Positions 12,231 to 26,512 are shown, counted from the stretch's first letter. The stretch is DNA of 64,000 bases from Podarcis tiliguerta (GCA_965153285.1 OZ229120.1); one strand, 5' to 3'. The notes: generated by a model from the letters alone, not told the origin. Translations and numbers: made by a program.

Positions 12231-13454
12231 TGCGGGTGTGACTTTCTTGTCTCTGGTCTTGTTAAGCGACTGTGCCAGGCGCAACAACTCAAAGGGATGT
12301 TCATTTGCTGCTGGCCGGACAAACCCGTTCGCCAGGAGCAAGGGGAGCGCAGCAGCTTCCAGGAAGGATCGCTCTGACTCGGTTGCCCCTCAGCAGAGCG
12401 AGCCGCGAAAGAAAGATCTTCCTCCACCTGGGCCGTTTGAGACTTGGAATTATTTGCGTGGCCTCTGAACGTGTTTACGAATATCCAAGGCCTTGCAAAA
12501 ATGTGAGGCGGGGGAAATCGCGTTTACTGTTAAAAGGGCTGGGGAGGAAAGGCACATATAGAGCGAAAGGATGAATCGGGCACCACAGTGCATGGGAATT
12601 CCTGCGAATGAGTGTTGCGGAGGGTATGTTTAGGAACCATTTTATCCAAACAAATTATATCCCCAGCTTTTGACAATTAAAAAAAAATCGCCTGTGATGC
12701 AGCTCGGTCCCACCATTCACGCTTACCCAAAACGAGGCGCCAGTGAGTTCCGAGGGGCTGCATCCCCAGTACCTCCGTATATGAGTGCAAAAGCCAAAAC
12801 AAAAAAAGGAAAAGGAAACCTTCGAAAGTGTTGTGTGGCATCCAGCAAAGGTCCCGGGGCTTGAGCTTTCCCAGTTTAGCGTTTTTTCATCCGAGCCAGA
12901 AATTCTACCATGTATAAAAATCTCCACACCTTTCAGGCGTCTGCTAAAGTCCCGAGCAGCAAATTATGAAGCATTTTTAGGGTCATACATGGGCTTCTCC
13001 CCTGTTTAAATCAAGGGGTCTTTCAAGGGATGCCTGCATGGGATGAGGCTCGTTCATTTGCCTCTTGGAGCCATAGCTGGTCTTTTCTAGGAAGGCGCTT
13101 AAGGCTTGTCAAGCCCAACCAAGGAAGAGTGGCTTTCCTTCCTTGCACAACTGTCCTCTTATTGCACCTTGCTGGCGTTAGAAAGTGGGAGAAGCTGGGA
13201 AAGGGGGCATCCTGGGTGCAGAAATCACTAGACCTTTTGCATGGATGGCACCAGAGACCCCCAAAGGAGTAGCCCTCCCGCCATCCAGCTAGCCTTCGAG
13301 TTCCCTGAGGTCACAGAAGGAGAAGCTCCTTCTGAAGTGCGGACTCGTGGGCCGGGACTTCTAGCAATGGGTCCAGTTCTAAGAAGGGTTACCTGGAGAA
13401 CAATAGTACCTAGTTCACAGGAGACATGTTGTATAGAATTTCGCTGTAAGCCAT

Positions 13455-13542
13455 CCATCCCAGACATGTCAGGAAGTCAGTCTTACTCCCACTGAGTTGG
13501 ATGAGGCTCTCTCGAAGGTAAGTGGAGATAGGATTGCAGCCT
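13455..13542. mobile_element. Copy of the same short hairpin repeat family
   Basis: ...tcttactcccactgag...ggtaagtggagataggattgcagcct. Confidence 0.5.
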
Positions 13543-15221
13543 TCACGTGACCTACACAGTTCTTATTTCTTTCTTTCGACCACGTGGGACCCTGCTCACT
13601 CCCAGCCACCGCCGCTATGCAGTCTGCCCTTTCTGGACACGCTGCTCTCTGGGGTGCATTGGAATCTTACCTACTAATGGGTCAAATCGATTAAAAAACC
13701 TCCAAATCGACCTACAGGATCTTTGACAAAGGACAAGCCGGGCAGTTTAACGAGCAGGACCTCCAAGTGGGCGTTTGCTGCCCAAGCGCTGGGATGGGAC
13801 CAACGGGGTGGGAGAGCTGTGTAGCTCCAGGATCGGATGGAAAAAGGGGAGCGTGTCCCCTTTTTTGGTGGCTTCTGTGATTCTGGATGCCTGGTGCAAT
13901 GGACTCCGCTCTATGTCTGCTGGGCTAAGCCTGATCAAAACTTAGCTCCCAAACCGAACCTGACCACTTCTCGGGGGGCGGGACTTGCATGTCCTTGATA
14001 TCTGCCAAGGTGGCCTGAGCTAAAAGCTTCCCTATCCAAATCAGTGCACATTCTGACCCAGAAATGCGAGGAATCCTGTCCCTCCTTTCCGCTGCTGCTG
14101 CTGCTGCTGCTGCTGGCAGCTAGAGATTTTCCCTCCACTGCAAAGGAGGTCTCTTAACTCCTTTCCATTAATATAATTTGTGGGCCCTGGAGAATGGACG
14201 GATCCCACAGCACCCGAATGACCCTTGGCATCCCCTCCTCTCCCAGGCCTTCATTACTCTAGGAAAAGTAAGAGAGTCAGCTATAGACCGTAGCAGCATT
14301 AAACTGTGATCGTGCGTTTGTGACTGGCGGTGTACCTCCTAGTCGAGGGACAGTGATGCAAAATATCTGAAACACACACACACACCCTTGAAGCATTTTA
14401 GCTTTTAGCTCGACACTTGAGCTGTGCAGCAGTAGCAGTAGCAACGATCTCCTTTAAAACACACTTGGGAGGAATTAATGACCGAATGGTTGGTTTAATT
14501 GATTCCTCCTTGGATTGGTGGCTCCAAGTTTCACACCGCTGGTCCGTTCACAAGCTGATGTCTTCTGGAGTTACCATAAATCTGGGCTAAGACCGCTCGG
14601 CTGAAACAGCGCTCCGGCAGTCCGGGGAGGGGTGGGGGCGAAGGCAGAGGATTGTTCCTGGTAAAGAATGAACCAGGGGCCAAGGCTGTCAGGATAGAAC
14701 TCGGCTCCTGAAAGTGGATCCCTCTTTCACTTGGGACAGTGAAGTAGCTGCAGCCCAGGAAACACCAACACACACCCCGCTATAAGTTTTAGAACAAGTT
14801 TAGTGCCATAGATCTGTAATGCCTTAAAGGAGAGAGAGAGTGAGAATCGATACAACTGGACCAGTTCGTAGTTACGCCGAACTCTGGATGGAGCGAATGA
14901 AGAGGGGCAAGGCGAAAGGAAGGTGGAACAAGCTCTTACTTTCCATTCTACTTCGACTAGGCAAAGCACCTGTAAGAATGTCCCAGTTTTGCACCAAAGC
15001 AACTGAACGGACAGTTATGAACACATTCTGACTATGGGGCTCTAGTTTTGCCGGCTAAGAGGATATGCTTAACATCAAAGGTTGCACCGGGTTTCAACTT
15101 CTGGTTGGGTGGGCCTGTATCCATATCTCCATATCTCTATATCTATCTGTAGCATATGATCCCACGATTTATTTCTGCAGGACCCCCGTCTCCTTTTAAC
15201 CGAACATATTATTTGTTAACC

Positions 15222-15293
15222 GCCCAATAACCCCGTGAAGTTTGTTCCTGAGAAAATGTTCCCATTTTACAGATGAACAAATAAGGTCGACAG
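15222..15293 (-). mobile_element. MIR/CORE-SINE fragment
   Basis: aataaccccgtgaag...cccattttacagatgaacaaataagg resembles the CORE consensus aacaaccctgtgagg...cccattttacagatgaggaaactgagg. Confidence 0.6.
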
Positions 15294-16176
15294 GCCCCTG
15301 GCTAGTATCTGTCCTTTTAAAGTAAAACTCTGTTTGGGTTCATGACAAAGAGAGTTTCTGTGCATGCCGCAAGGTCCTTTTATGCAGCTTAGTACCTTCA
15401 TTCTAATACATAAGTTGACGTGGATTCCTAATCAACTAAAGTGGGACGTTTAAATATTTCTTTTCTCAGAGGAAGCGCACTTATTCTCCCCCCCTCTCCC
15501 CCCCTCAGGAACCAATTCTCAAGTACAATTGAAAGCTGTCATATAAGACGACGGCAGTCTGTGTGCCTGCGCTCGAATTTCTATTCCAGTTGAAGTTAAA
15601 GTAACCTGTTAAAGGATGCGGAGTGTATTTCTGTGTGTATCTGATAGACAGATCACGCTAATTGTTGACTTAAGTCCCCCAAAGTGTGAAAAAAGAACTT
15701 CCCCAAACTTTGCAAACGCTGTCATTGCTCCTAATCCCCCACATTTTCCACTTTTCTTTCCAGTTTCGGATTGCGTGTGTTTGNNNNNNNNNNNNNNNNN
15801 NNNNNNNNNNNNNNNNNNNNNNNNNNNNNNNNNNNNNNNNNNNNNNNNNNNNNNNNNNNNNNNNNNNNNNNNNNNNNNNNNNNNNNNNNNNNNNNNNNNN
15901 NNNNNNNNNNNNNNNNNNNNNNNNNNNNNNNNNNNNNNNNNNNNNNNNNNNNNNNNNNNNNNNNNNNNNNNNNNNNNNNNNNNNNNNNNTCAATAGATGC
16001 AAAATCTTTCCAAGCTCTTTGTAACTGAATTCTGTTTGAAGGGGGAAACCAGAGATTAACACGTAGATCTGGGGAGAGCGAGGCGGGGGCAGAGACCCTC
16101 GAGCATCACTTCAAAGTAGATTTCCAAAAAGAAGCGCCTCTGCGTGTTGACAGTTGCCTGCTCCAAATACTGTAAG

Positions 16177-16252
16177 GGGCCAATCCTATACGTGTATGTT
16201 GAGCGTTCAGCGGGGCTTACTCCCGGTAAAGTGGGTCCGGGATTGCAGCCTA
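16177..16252. mobile_element. Copy of the same short hairpin repeat family
   Basis: caatcctata...ggggcttactcccggtaaagtg...gggattgcagcc. Confidence 0.5.
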
Positions 16253-18719
16253 AATCTCATTCGCAACAAGAAAGGGCCCGCAGACCCACTCGGATCCCCA
16301 AATAGGATTGTTCGTGTTGTTTGCTTCCCATATACAACTCATGGGTTTAAAGCTGGGATCCCGCTTTCCTTCCATTTATCAGTGATGGGATGGGAGGGTA
16401 TAAACCATCTAATCTATCGATCTATCATATTTAAAATTAAATAAACGTAAAGACGACCTTAATCACCCCCAGCCTCGCAACGGGATTTGTTCTGGTCCTT
16501 GAATGCACCCAAATCCGTGGGAGGCCCCATCATTTTGGAATGTGATCAACGTGCATGGTTGGAGCGAAGAATGGATTTAGGAGTGATCACAAGCCAGAAG
16601 GACAGGCGAGAGAAAAAACACCCACTTGACTGAGGACGCTGCAGAACAGGCGGGAAATTCCTGTGGGGTAAAATGGGGAAAGTGTGTGTCGCGGGGCTGG
16701 GGGTGGGAGTTGAGGTCGGAGCAGGAAACGCATCCTGGGGGTCTGCTGGTCCCCCTTCATTGGGGGAACTGAATTCGGAGTCCTTCTTCTGCAAGTGACT
16801 TAAAACTAAAATGAGGCGAAGGGATGAGAAAGTAGGACATTTCTCCTGATCTTTACTAAGCATTCGCTTCCTGACAGCTTCGGCTGAGGACGATTAAGCC
16901 CGAGCCTCGAGCAAGAGCGCAAGCGGGACATTTGGAGCCGACAGGAGTTGTGCCTGTCCCGCCGCCAAGGCAGCCTCTGCGCCCAGGAAGGAGCCGCGGT
17001 GGTTTGGCCGGAGTCGCCACGAGAGCTGCCCGCGCCCTGGATGAAAAGGCCGGTGATCGCCTTCTTCCCCTTCAGAGCATCAAATGAGAATAATCTGGGG
17101 GAAGAAGGAGAGAAAAGCCCTCGCCTCTTCACCTCCATGGCGAATGCGGGCTCTCTCAGCTGGAGGAGTAGCATCTGACATTCCTCCTCACAAGAGGGAA
17201 ACTGCAAAAGAAGCGCAGGGAACTGGAGAGGGAGAATCCAACAGGCGAATATTCGCGGCACGAGGGGGGACCGCTCTGGAGAGCTCAGGACCAGCCTGCC
17301 TCAGGTTCCCTCTGCCTCTGGCCCGGCTTCCTGGGGGAAAGGGAGCAGGTCGCTCGCCCCCACGGCCGAGGTTTTGCTAGCCTCTCCATGAGAGGGTCCC
17401 CTGCCTCCCAGGCTCTCCCTGCAGCCCCGACATGCCTGGGTCTCTGTTGAGGTCAGGTGACGAGAACGACCGGCTAGCAGTTCCCGGCTCGCCACTCCAG
17501 GCTGGACCCGCGAGGCTTGAAAGGAAAGGCCCTGTTTGGCTGGCGGGGGGGGGGGGAGACTTTTCACTCTTCCTTCCGCATAATCCCTTCTGCCTCCTCC
17601 CAAAAAGCCCATCTCACGCCCATCGTCTAACTTTTGCTTTCGAATTCCCCCTGTGGGGGAACAGTAGAGCAGAGCTTCGACCCATCCTGTGCAATGTCTA
17701 CTGCCCCTTCGGATCACCACGGTTGAACAAAGAGTAAAATATGAGAGAAGTTTCTTTGCTTCTGCGTTTAATGAATTCCTTGAACGGGTTCCCTAGACCC
17801 AGAAGGAGCGCACACCAGTCTTAATTTCGCCCCAGTTCCGCCTGCGATTTACTCCTACTTAAGACAAGTTAAGAAGCATCTTGCGGGTAACATCGTATCT
17901 AATACCTTCACGTGCAAGTGTTTGGAGGCTGGGTGCGCGCGCGGACCTCCTCTTTCTCCTCGAACTTTTTTGTTCCTTAAAAAAGTTTGGGCTTGTCCCT
18001 CAGTTATTAACCAGTTGGTTAATTCACTTTCCGTTTCCTAAATATAGGTGCAGGGCTTTATCTTAAAAAGTTTGCTTTTGCATCCTAATTAATTCTTCTA
18101 ACTAGGGGAACCTTGAGAGCCTGTTAATTAGTAACGTCGATTTAACTCCTGTGCGACTTTCCTGATCTTTGGCACAAATCAGAGTAGCTTTTCTGCTAAC
18201 AGAGAGATAGACTAGAAAAGAGAGGATAAAGAAAGACGTAATAGCGGCTTCATGGATCGCTGACCATGTGTTCATTCGGGCATCTCTATCTGCACATCTT
18301 AAAGCCACTTTAAAGGATACCTAAGAAATCTGGAACCCTGGAACCCTCGGTTTAGCCCTGCTGAATCTCTCATTTCACCCTTGCTTTTCCTTAAAACTCA
18401 GTGTGTTAAAGAATCAGGATCAGGTATCCATGTTAATCTGCTACTTGGAAGCAAGTTGGAAGATAACGACTCAGTCCTTCAGCTTTCAAAGTGGGTGGGA
18501 AGTTATGATACGGGTGTTTTCTGAGCCTCCCAAGTTGGGCTGTTAAGATTTAGAAAATAGAGAAACCATGTCAGTCGCGGGAAGGTGTCCAAACTTTTAC
18601 CAGTCTGGGGTGGGGGTGCGAATTGGGAACCCCTTGATAGAGCAACTGAGGCTGTGACAGTCTCTCTGCCAGGGAACCCGAAAAAGCGGAGCGGAGCTGG
18701 GTTTGCGCCATCCACTCTC

Positions 18720-18740
18720 TGTAGCACCATGGACAGCTCC
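18720..18740 (+). promoter_or_regulatory. RE1/NRSE (REST binding element)
   Basis: TGTAGCACCATGGACAGCTCC versus consensus TTCAGCACCAYGGACAGCKCC: 19 of 21 positions match, with canonical half-site spacing. Confidence 0.75.
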
Positions 18741-21700
18741 TAGTTCTGAGCTGCCCTCGCCCTAAACAAGCCTCTCCTTGCCTCTTTCAGCCCAAGCCTG
18801 GAGCAGGCTGCGGAAGACCTCGCTCTCAGAGACGAGGTTTTTGTATCCTGAATCCCGCCTGCTCCGCGCTTCCTCTAATCTCCCTTGAAGCGGGGAGAGT
18901 TAACCATGCATTTATGCCCCCTTCTCAGGACTTTCCACCTCATGTGCTCTTCTGGTCCGAGTCCACTGCCCTGATCTGATGCCACTGCCCGCAGGCCCCC
19001 GATTTCGTTTTCATCCTCTGTCCTCTCCCTAAGCTCCTTCCGCCAAGATTCCCGCATTGCCCATCCTTGGTTTCCAGCTTTGCCCAGAACCAGACCTCCT
19101 CCTCCTCCTCCTCCTCCTTTCTCTCTCTCATTGCGGGGATGCGTGCATGCCATTTCCCCCTTTCCATGCGATCTTCATCTTTCCCTTGGCTATGGAGGCG
19201 ATACTGGTGGGGGCGGGGATCTGAGGTCCTCCTGGTTGGTTGCAAAGCAGATCCGCTTCCCTTCTTTGATGCGCGCCTACTCGATGCAAGCCCACTGACT
19301 GCCAGGCAGCTGGTTAATTGCAGCCTCGGGAGAGGCACCCCAGAGCCAGAGCCCTAAGAGCCTGGCAGCCCTCCCTTTCTCCCTCTCCACCCTCCCCGCT
19401 TTGCTAAAGGGTCGGCCAGTCTGCGCGTCTCAACCCCGTAACTTTACCTCCCTTCAACTTCCCCCTTCCAGACCCGCCACCTGCTGTGATCGTCGGGACT
19501 TTAAGCCCTCTCTCAGTCTCCGCATCCTTTAATTCAAGTTATGCGCAAGGAGAAAGAGAGAGAAATAATGTCTCTTTTTTCTTCCTCTTTGATCACATCC
19601 CTGTCATTTTAGCAAACAACTTGCAGCCGTGCAAGCTTGTAAAGTCAAGCTATTTACGTGTTCGCTATTTAAATGCAACAAGATGCTCTCTGCTCATTAA
19701 AATGTTCTCGCTCTGCCTTCTTTTGCTGAGAGATCCGATTCCTTCCCATTTGCTTCCCCGATCCGTCCAAAATTACAAAAAAGGGGTAAAGGGGGGGGGG
19801 AATGAGCAAGTTGGATAGCTAAGGATTTCCTGGCTTTCCCTTAATATAAATGCCCCCCGCCCCAGCTGAGCAACGACAGCGAGGAGTTACAGACCTCCCT
19901 GCTTTTGAGTTATTGGGGAGGAACTTACTGGAATGGCTTTGGGGCATTAGGAAAGCAAAGTTATAGCCCAGTGCTCTTACTAATATTAAATACTATTACG
20001 GATCATGAGCCAGATTCATGGAAACGGATATTTAGATATCCACAACAGGGTTATTTGAGGGTTATTTTCCTCCCCTCGAATGAAAGAAACCGCTGCCTTC
20101 TCTCTGCTAGCTTGTGGAGAACATAGTTCGCTTATTAAAAGGGTTCGCTCCAACGTCCGAGTCAAATTATTCTGTTTTCAGCATCAACTTTGCCGGCAAG
20201 TTCACGAGGGAAACCTCGAACCCCCTTTTCGTCATCACGACCCCTTATCCGTGTTACGATGGGTTAAATGGAATCCTTTCTTCTCGACCCACCTGTAGTC
20301 GGTTCGGCGCACACACACGCGCACCACCGTTTTCACTGTTCTCTATAGGGCAGCTTCGTAGGGGGAATTCTGTTTTCTCTGCTTGATCTTCATTTGCACC
20401 CACAAAAAGTCCAAGGAAAGGGTCCACTCGCTCCCCCTAACTAGCCAACCGGCCCTGGGTAGGCGGAGGGGGCCGCTTTCGTTTTTTGTAAGCGGGAACC
20501 CCGAGGCAGAACGGTTAGGAATTAAACTTTTAGAGGAATAACCTGTTGCACGCTTCTGATTTGGGGAAAGTGAAGATCACCGTGGTATTTTATTTTTATT
20601 TTTTTAATTCGTGGTATCTTCTATCTAACCAGGATATTTTATCGCGTGGATACTGATAGCTTTCTGATCAGTAATCGAATTGATTCCAGACCATAATTCA
20701 GACATTGTTGTAGTGAGCAATGTTACTATAAACCAGTTTTGTATTCTTGTTATTCTTATTATTATTGACAACTAATTGGCAGAGTGAAAGTTAGATGTCT
20801 GCGTATTTAAGAGGGGGAAGGATTTGTGTTTCGAGGTAGCTCACCTTTGGTATTAAATATTTGCTCCTTTCTTTGATCTATATTAGGATATTAGGTTTCT
20901 CCGGAGCGTGAGCCTCACTGACTAACAAAAAATCCCTTTTGTCAATCGTGCATTAAACCTTCTCATCTCAGTTCTTCCGAAATCCTCTTTCTTCTGGTAA
21001 TTTTGCTTTGTGTCTCCCCCACCTCCATTATTCTGAACATACATATCCTGAACATATCCTGAACAATTTAGCGAGTGCATGTCCGTGTTAGTAATCTTAA
21101 AAATAACTTTTAATGGGAGGCATATAGAAAATAATGGAATCTTAGAAAGGGGAAAGAGAAAAGGGACTAGAGATTGGGTGTCCAACATGAAAGCATTTTC
21201 AATTATTTGCTCCTCAATTATTTTCCTCAGCTATGGTTTACCTTGTGATTATTTTCTTTTTTTCTTATTCGTGACATGCGTTGAAAAATATTACTCTCTC
21301 TCTCCTCCCCCACCCCTTTCTTACCTCTTGTAACCCTTCAAAGTCGTTTGAAATTACTTTTCTTGTCTTTTGGCCATTTGTCAACGTCAAAACTACCTGG
21401 GCTATCTAGTGAAATGAAAGTGTTTCGTGTATATCTTAGATATATGAAAGGATTCCTCAATAGAGTTTTCTGGAAATCAATAGACACCCATTAATGTCCT
21501 AAGTGCCTACTGGGTATTTTTTTGGGGGGGGAAATAGTCAGCTCCTTGGGTATAATATCCTGGGATAAAGTTGCAGGATCCTCATTACAGTCCACTGGGA
21601 TAGCGGAGTTTGACAAAGAACATTTTCAAGAGTAATTACATTTAGGGAAGTTTTGAAAACATGGGGCTGCCACCAGATGCTGCTTCTGAGCTCTGTCTTG

Positions 21701-23754
21701 CTTCAGGAACGCATTTCTGTCGCCTCTCTCCCACTGAATGATTGTGGATATATGCATGTCATTTTCCTGTTTATCTATCTGTGCTCAAGCCTAAGTAATT
21801 TTTTTTTACTTTTAACGTGCCACAGTATGTGAGTGTGAGTTTCTCTGTGTGTGAGCACGCACGCACAAATACATATATCACACATTTATTCGCTAGCATC
21901 CTTGTAATAATGGGTTCGACTTTCAGCCCCTACAAGACAAACTTTATTCTGTTCAATGGAAATGAACCTCAGATGTGCAGATGAACTCTATACACTTATT
22001 GAGTAGAAGCTACACTCCGGCCCACCTTATTAACGATTATAATTGTGGCTCCCTGCTCATCAGGACGGGTCTCTGAAAGAGGTTTCTTTCTGCTACTCTC
22101 CCCTTCATACCCGCACGATGCTTAAGCTGACGACCCCAGAGCGTTCAGAGGAGGAGGCACATATCCTAAGACTAAGCAAGGCAACCCAGCTTCTTTCTCC
22201 ATGGGCAGTTCTGCCTGGCCCACAAAAGACGGGAAAGAGCCTTGCCTGCTTTAAAGCACTGCTCTTTAGAGATCAACTGCTGAAAGAGATACCTGTGCGC
22301 TTTGAATTGCTTTAGGGGAGGGAGGGAGAGAATCAGAGCGAGGTTCTGCCGGCGCTGCACCTAAAACCGGAATGTCCCAGAAAGGTAGAGGGATTCGTTC
22401 ATGTTGGTGCAAGTGAAGCCGTAACAAGAGCCAAACTCTGGAGCATTTAAGATTTCATTATCAGCTTTCTACCTTGGAAAACGAGACCCGTTTGCTTAAC
22501 TTAATCCGGAACATATGTTTGCAACTGTAGCGCCGTGTGTGTGTGTCTGTGTGTTTCCCTGTGTGTGTGGTTTGAAGTTGATCAAGTTGTAAATTTTCCG
22601 CCTTAGGTTTTCAGCGCCTCCTAGTTACAGCCTAACACTTTGAGATTTTACAAAGGCTCTAACTAAAGGGGAGAAAATGAAATAACAACCATGTAATTTA
22701 TCGAATGTTGCGAGTCGCACCAAACCAGCCTATTTTTCTTCCCCTGTGGTAGTGATTGTTGTTAAAGACCTGCATTTCTGAGAAACTGAGCCAGAAAAGA
22801 GAATGCAACAAAATGACTTGTGAAAAAGGAACGCCTTTAATATGCATTGCTGTTTTAACACTTAAGAATACTCTTTTCCTGTTTCTATAAACGTAACGAT
22901 GATCACAATAATAGTATTTGAAATCTGGAATTAATAATAAATTAAAAGTACTTTATACTCTAATACATGTACCTGTCAATACAAAACTTTCAGATTACTT
23001 TTTCTAAGGAGAGGAGTTTCCATGTAATGAATCCCTAATCATATAATCAATAGAAACAACCGAGGCTTTTAAATTTCTAAACAGTTTTCTTACTTTAATG
23101 AAATGAATAAATTTAGAACACGGAAGGTAATTTTGCAGAATAAATTTAGACTGTAGGAGATACAGAAACAGACCCCCAGGCTTTACAAACCTTAAAAAAA
23201 AAAGATGAAAAGAGAACGTACATGTGATTTTGTGGCATTTTCACTTTAAATCGCTCATAATTGTTTTGATCTATTCATGAAAGAGTGACAAGGAGGCTAA
23301 CTTAATACGACCAGTTTCTATTTCTGGTGAAGCTAGATCTCATGTGCGTATTTACATTGCCTGCAACTAATGAAAACATGTATCAAATCTCCGGGTTGTG
23401 TGTTGCTTTTTTTTATTAGGTTTCCCCAAATACAAATTAGCTACATTTTGGTCCAGCCACCAAAAAGGAGGGAAATCATTAAGTAGATTACAACATGATT
23501 ACAACATGAATTGGCAGAGAGTAAAGACGCCATAGTTCAGATTTTGCTTGCAGGCTGCCTTTTATTTCAATCGGGATATTTATATGATGATTCCATATGA
23601 TTCTTAACATTATTTAATAGCACTTTTTTCTTTTTTGCTGGAACTAAAGTGCGTTCCTCGCAGAACGAAGCGGGGGTAGGTAATCTGATTTGTCTGGGGG
23701 AGGATATACGAAAAGGGGCCGTTTTAGCTCTGAATCGGAATGTATTGAGAGACA

Positions 23755-23771
23755 CAGCGCCATCTAGCAAA
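23755..23771 (-). promoter_or_regulatory. Weaker CTCF-like motif between FAM172A and NR2F1
   Basis: Minus strand TTTGCTAGATGGCGCTG. The 3' core matches but the 5' CC is missing. Confidence 0.35.
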
Positions 23772-25745
23772 CAAACGGAGAATCAAAGGCGAGGAATCGG
23801 CGAGGCCCTTCGGGCAGTCATAGAAAAAGAGGGGGGGGGGGGAGAGAGAGAGAAGCGAGAGAGAGACTGAGCAGGAAACTTACACTGCCTCGTCAGTTTC
23901 ACCTGAGCAGAGCTCCCCCCTCCCCCCCAGCAGACAATCCGCACTCCGTTCAGTGTTTCGCAGGGCTCTGCCCTTTCCCTCCCTGCTTCTGAAAGAGCAA
24001 CTCGGCTCCGTGTCGTTTGCGCTTCGCTTCTGAGTATTAGGACAGGCAGGTTTCCCTTAATCAAGGTCAGATATTACTAGCACTATCTGGTCCCTGGGAT
24101 GTATACAACCGAGGTACACGCACCTGCCAGGCGCTTAATAACTTTTTCTCTGCTCGTTATCGCCAGCTCTCGTTTTTAGGGATGGGGAAAGAGTGAGAGA
24201 AGTCAATTGAGCAGTACAGAAAGGACAAAAGTCACCAGGTCCCCTGACTGTTCTATCCTTGCATCTCCACCACACCCCAGTATAGCCAAGGTGGTTGGTG
24301 GCTGCTTGGTTGCTTTGCTGGTCCGGTGAAATGCAGGCGTTTAAACGCTCCGTGAAATAGATGTAATATATTTTCACAAACTTAAGATGCCAGGCGGTGG
24401 CCACGTCGCTCAAGGGAAGCAACGCCCTTCGATGTGTATTTGCATGGCTTTCGAAGGACTACAAAACAAAGGCAGGGCATATTCCATCCTCGTAATTTTT
24501 GCTGTTCGATTAATCTTCTGTGGCTTTCTTTTTTTAAAAAAAAAAAGGATGGTGGAGGGAGAGGAAAGGGGGGGGGAGCAGAGAGAATAAACCAAATAAT
24601 CCACCTCTGGGTATTTGCAAGCCATGTTTACATTAGTTCTGCAAAATTAAACAAAGACACCAAATGACTGTGAGGAAGAGAAATTGTTGCCATTCTGCAA
24701 GCGCGCGGAAGGCTCTCTAATAAAGGGAGAGTCATTATCGAGGCTTCGTGGAAATCGTCGCGGGTTAGGAAGAGGCGACTAAGACAAATAAGGCGCACCT
24801 TTGCCTTCACAGCTCTTTATTGCCACCTGCTCGAGAAATGTTCCTGCGGAGTATCAGAAGCCCAAATGTCACTCTTGTGATGTTGTTGTGAAGTGTCTGG
24901 GCTGTGAAAGATGGTCTCCAGATGCGCCCACCCTTCAGAACAGGCTTCTGGCGCCCACTCGCCTTTCAACTGGCCAAGCATCTTTCGACATTCCCCTTTT
25001 AGAAGCCCAGTATTCAACATCTCAGCTAACCTTGCATCCTTCCCAAAAAAACCCTCCCCACCCACCTCTCCCCGGCCATTCAGATCCTTGAGATTAACAT
25101 GGCTTGAAACTAACAGGGGTCTCAGAACGTGTTCGTCGTAACAACCACAAGGATCCGATCCACCAGCTCTAGTGTTTGCTTGCCTAACTCCCTGTAGGTC
25201 TTCCCCCTTCCTCCTCTAGTTTCTTTTTCCCCGAGTTCTGAGCTTTCCGTTCTGTGAGATCCGTGGGAAATATGGGGCAGAAGGGTGGCCACTGAAATCG
25301 ACTCTGTCTCCTTCGGGCTCTGTCCAGCTCTTGAAGTTCCTTGGAAAAAAGGAGACCTATATTGGGGGAGCGGGGGCTGTGTAGGGCAGGGAGAAGGCTG
25401 CTCTCTTTGGGTGGTTTCATCTCTATCGCCTGTTCTCGTCCAGATTTTCTTACCCATGAAACCTGCTCCGTGGTGGGGTTCCCCAGCTGTTTAAATGAAC
25501 ATTGATTTATTGCGTTTAAAAGTAAATTTACACACACGCCGACATCATTCCGTTTTGTTTCCCCAGACCCTAAGATTTATTTTCTGCTTAGCGCTTGTCT
25601 GACAAAACAACGTCCTTTACCTTTATTACACATCGATGAGGAAATCTGTCTTATTTTCCCCCTGCTTGGATTTATTGCTCTTGTTACCTGGTTTGTTGAG
25701 GAAGGGGTGAGTGGAGAGAAGGCTGTGGAAAGCGGGGAAATTACG

Positions 25746-25747
25746 GA

Positions 25748-25790
<43 letters not shown>
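25746..25790. repeat. (GAAA)n microsatellite
   Basis: Seen directly. Confidence 0.95.
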
Positions 25791-25791
<1 letters not shown>

Positions 25792-26483
25792 CAGGCTGAC
25801 TTGAAGAAATACAGGCGCACCTCGCAGGTCCCGGGCTTTGGGAAAAGGGAGCAGGGCGGAAGAGCAGGAAAATACTATTTTTCACAAATTAGAATGTTCG
25901 AGTGATTTGTTTTAAGAGATACAAGACGCTCCCTTCATCTGCTAGAAGGCCTGAAGCTCTTTGCACAAACTCTTTTGCAACAGATCCATTACTGAGAAGC
26001 AAAAATATAATGCAACAAAACAAAGCAAAATAAAAATAATCCTACCACTCTGACTTACCTCTGTCCCAATTACCCAGCCTATGGGATAGTTGCTCTCAGG
26101 GGATTGAGCTGCACTTTGAAACAGTCTTTACGGTACACTTCATCTACGTTTTTGTTGTCTTTAGTTCTCATTAAAAGGCCACTTTATTCTTTTCACTGAT
26201 ATACTGTCTGTGTTCTTCGTTTCACACTCTTGAAAGCAAAGTTATTACAACTTATCAGGGAAGAAGGGCTCCGAGGCTCTTTGGGGTGGGGATGGAGCTA
26301 GGGGGGGATGAGAAAGAGAGGCAGGAGAGGGAAATCCGTGGACAGGAATTTTAAAGATTTTTTTTGAGCACACACAGAGAGAGAGACAAACAAGAGAGGT
26401 TGTTGAGGCAATGTGCTATTTCAGGGGTGTTGGTGGAAAAATTGAAAAGGGCTATCGGGCAGTCATACAGCGTTAGCCAGACA

Positions 26484-26512
26484 CTGTGTGTGTGTGTGTG
26501 TGTGTGTGTGTG
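26484..26512. repeat. (TG)n microsatellite
   Basis: Seen directly. Confidence 0.9.
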
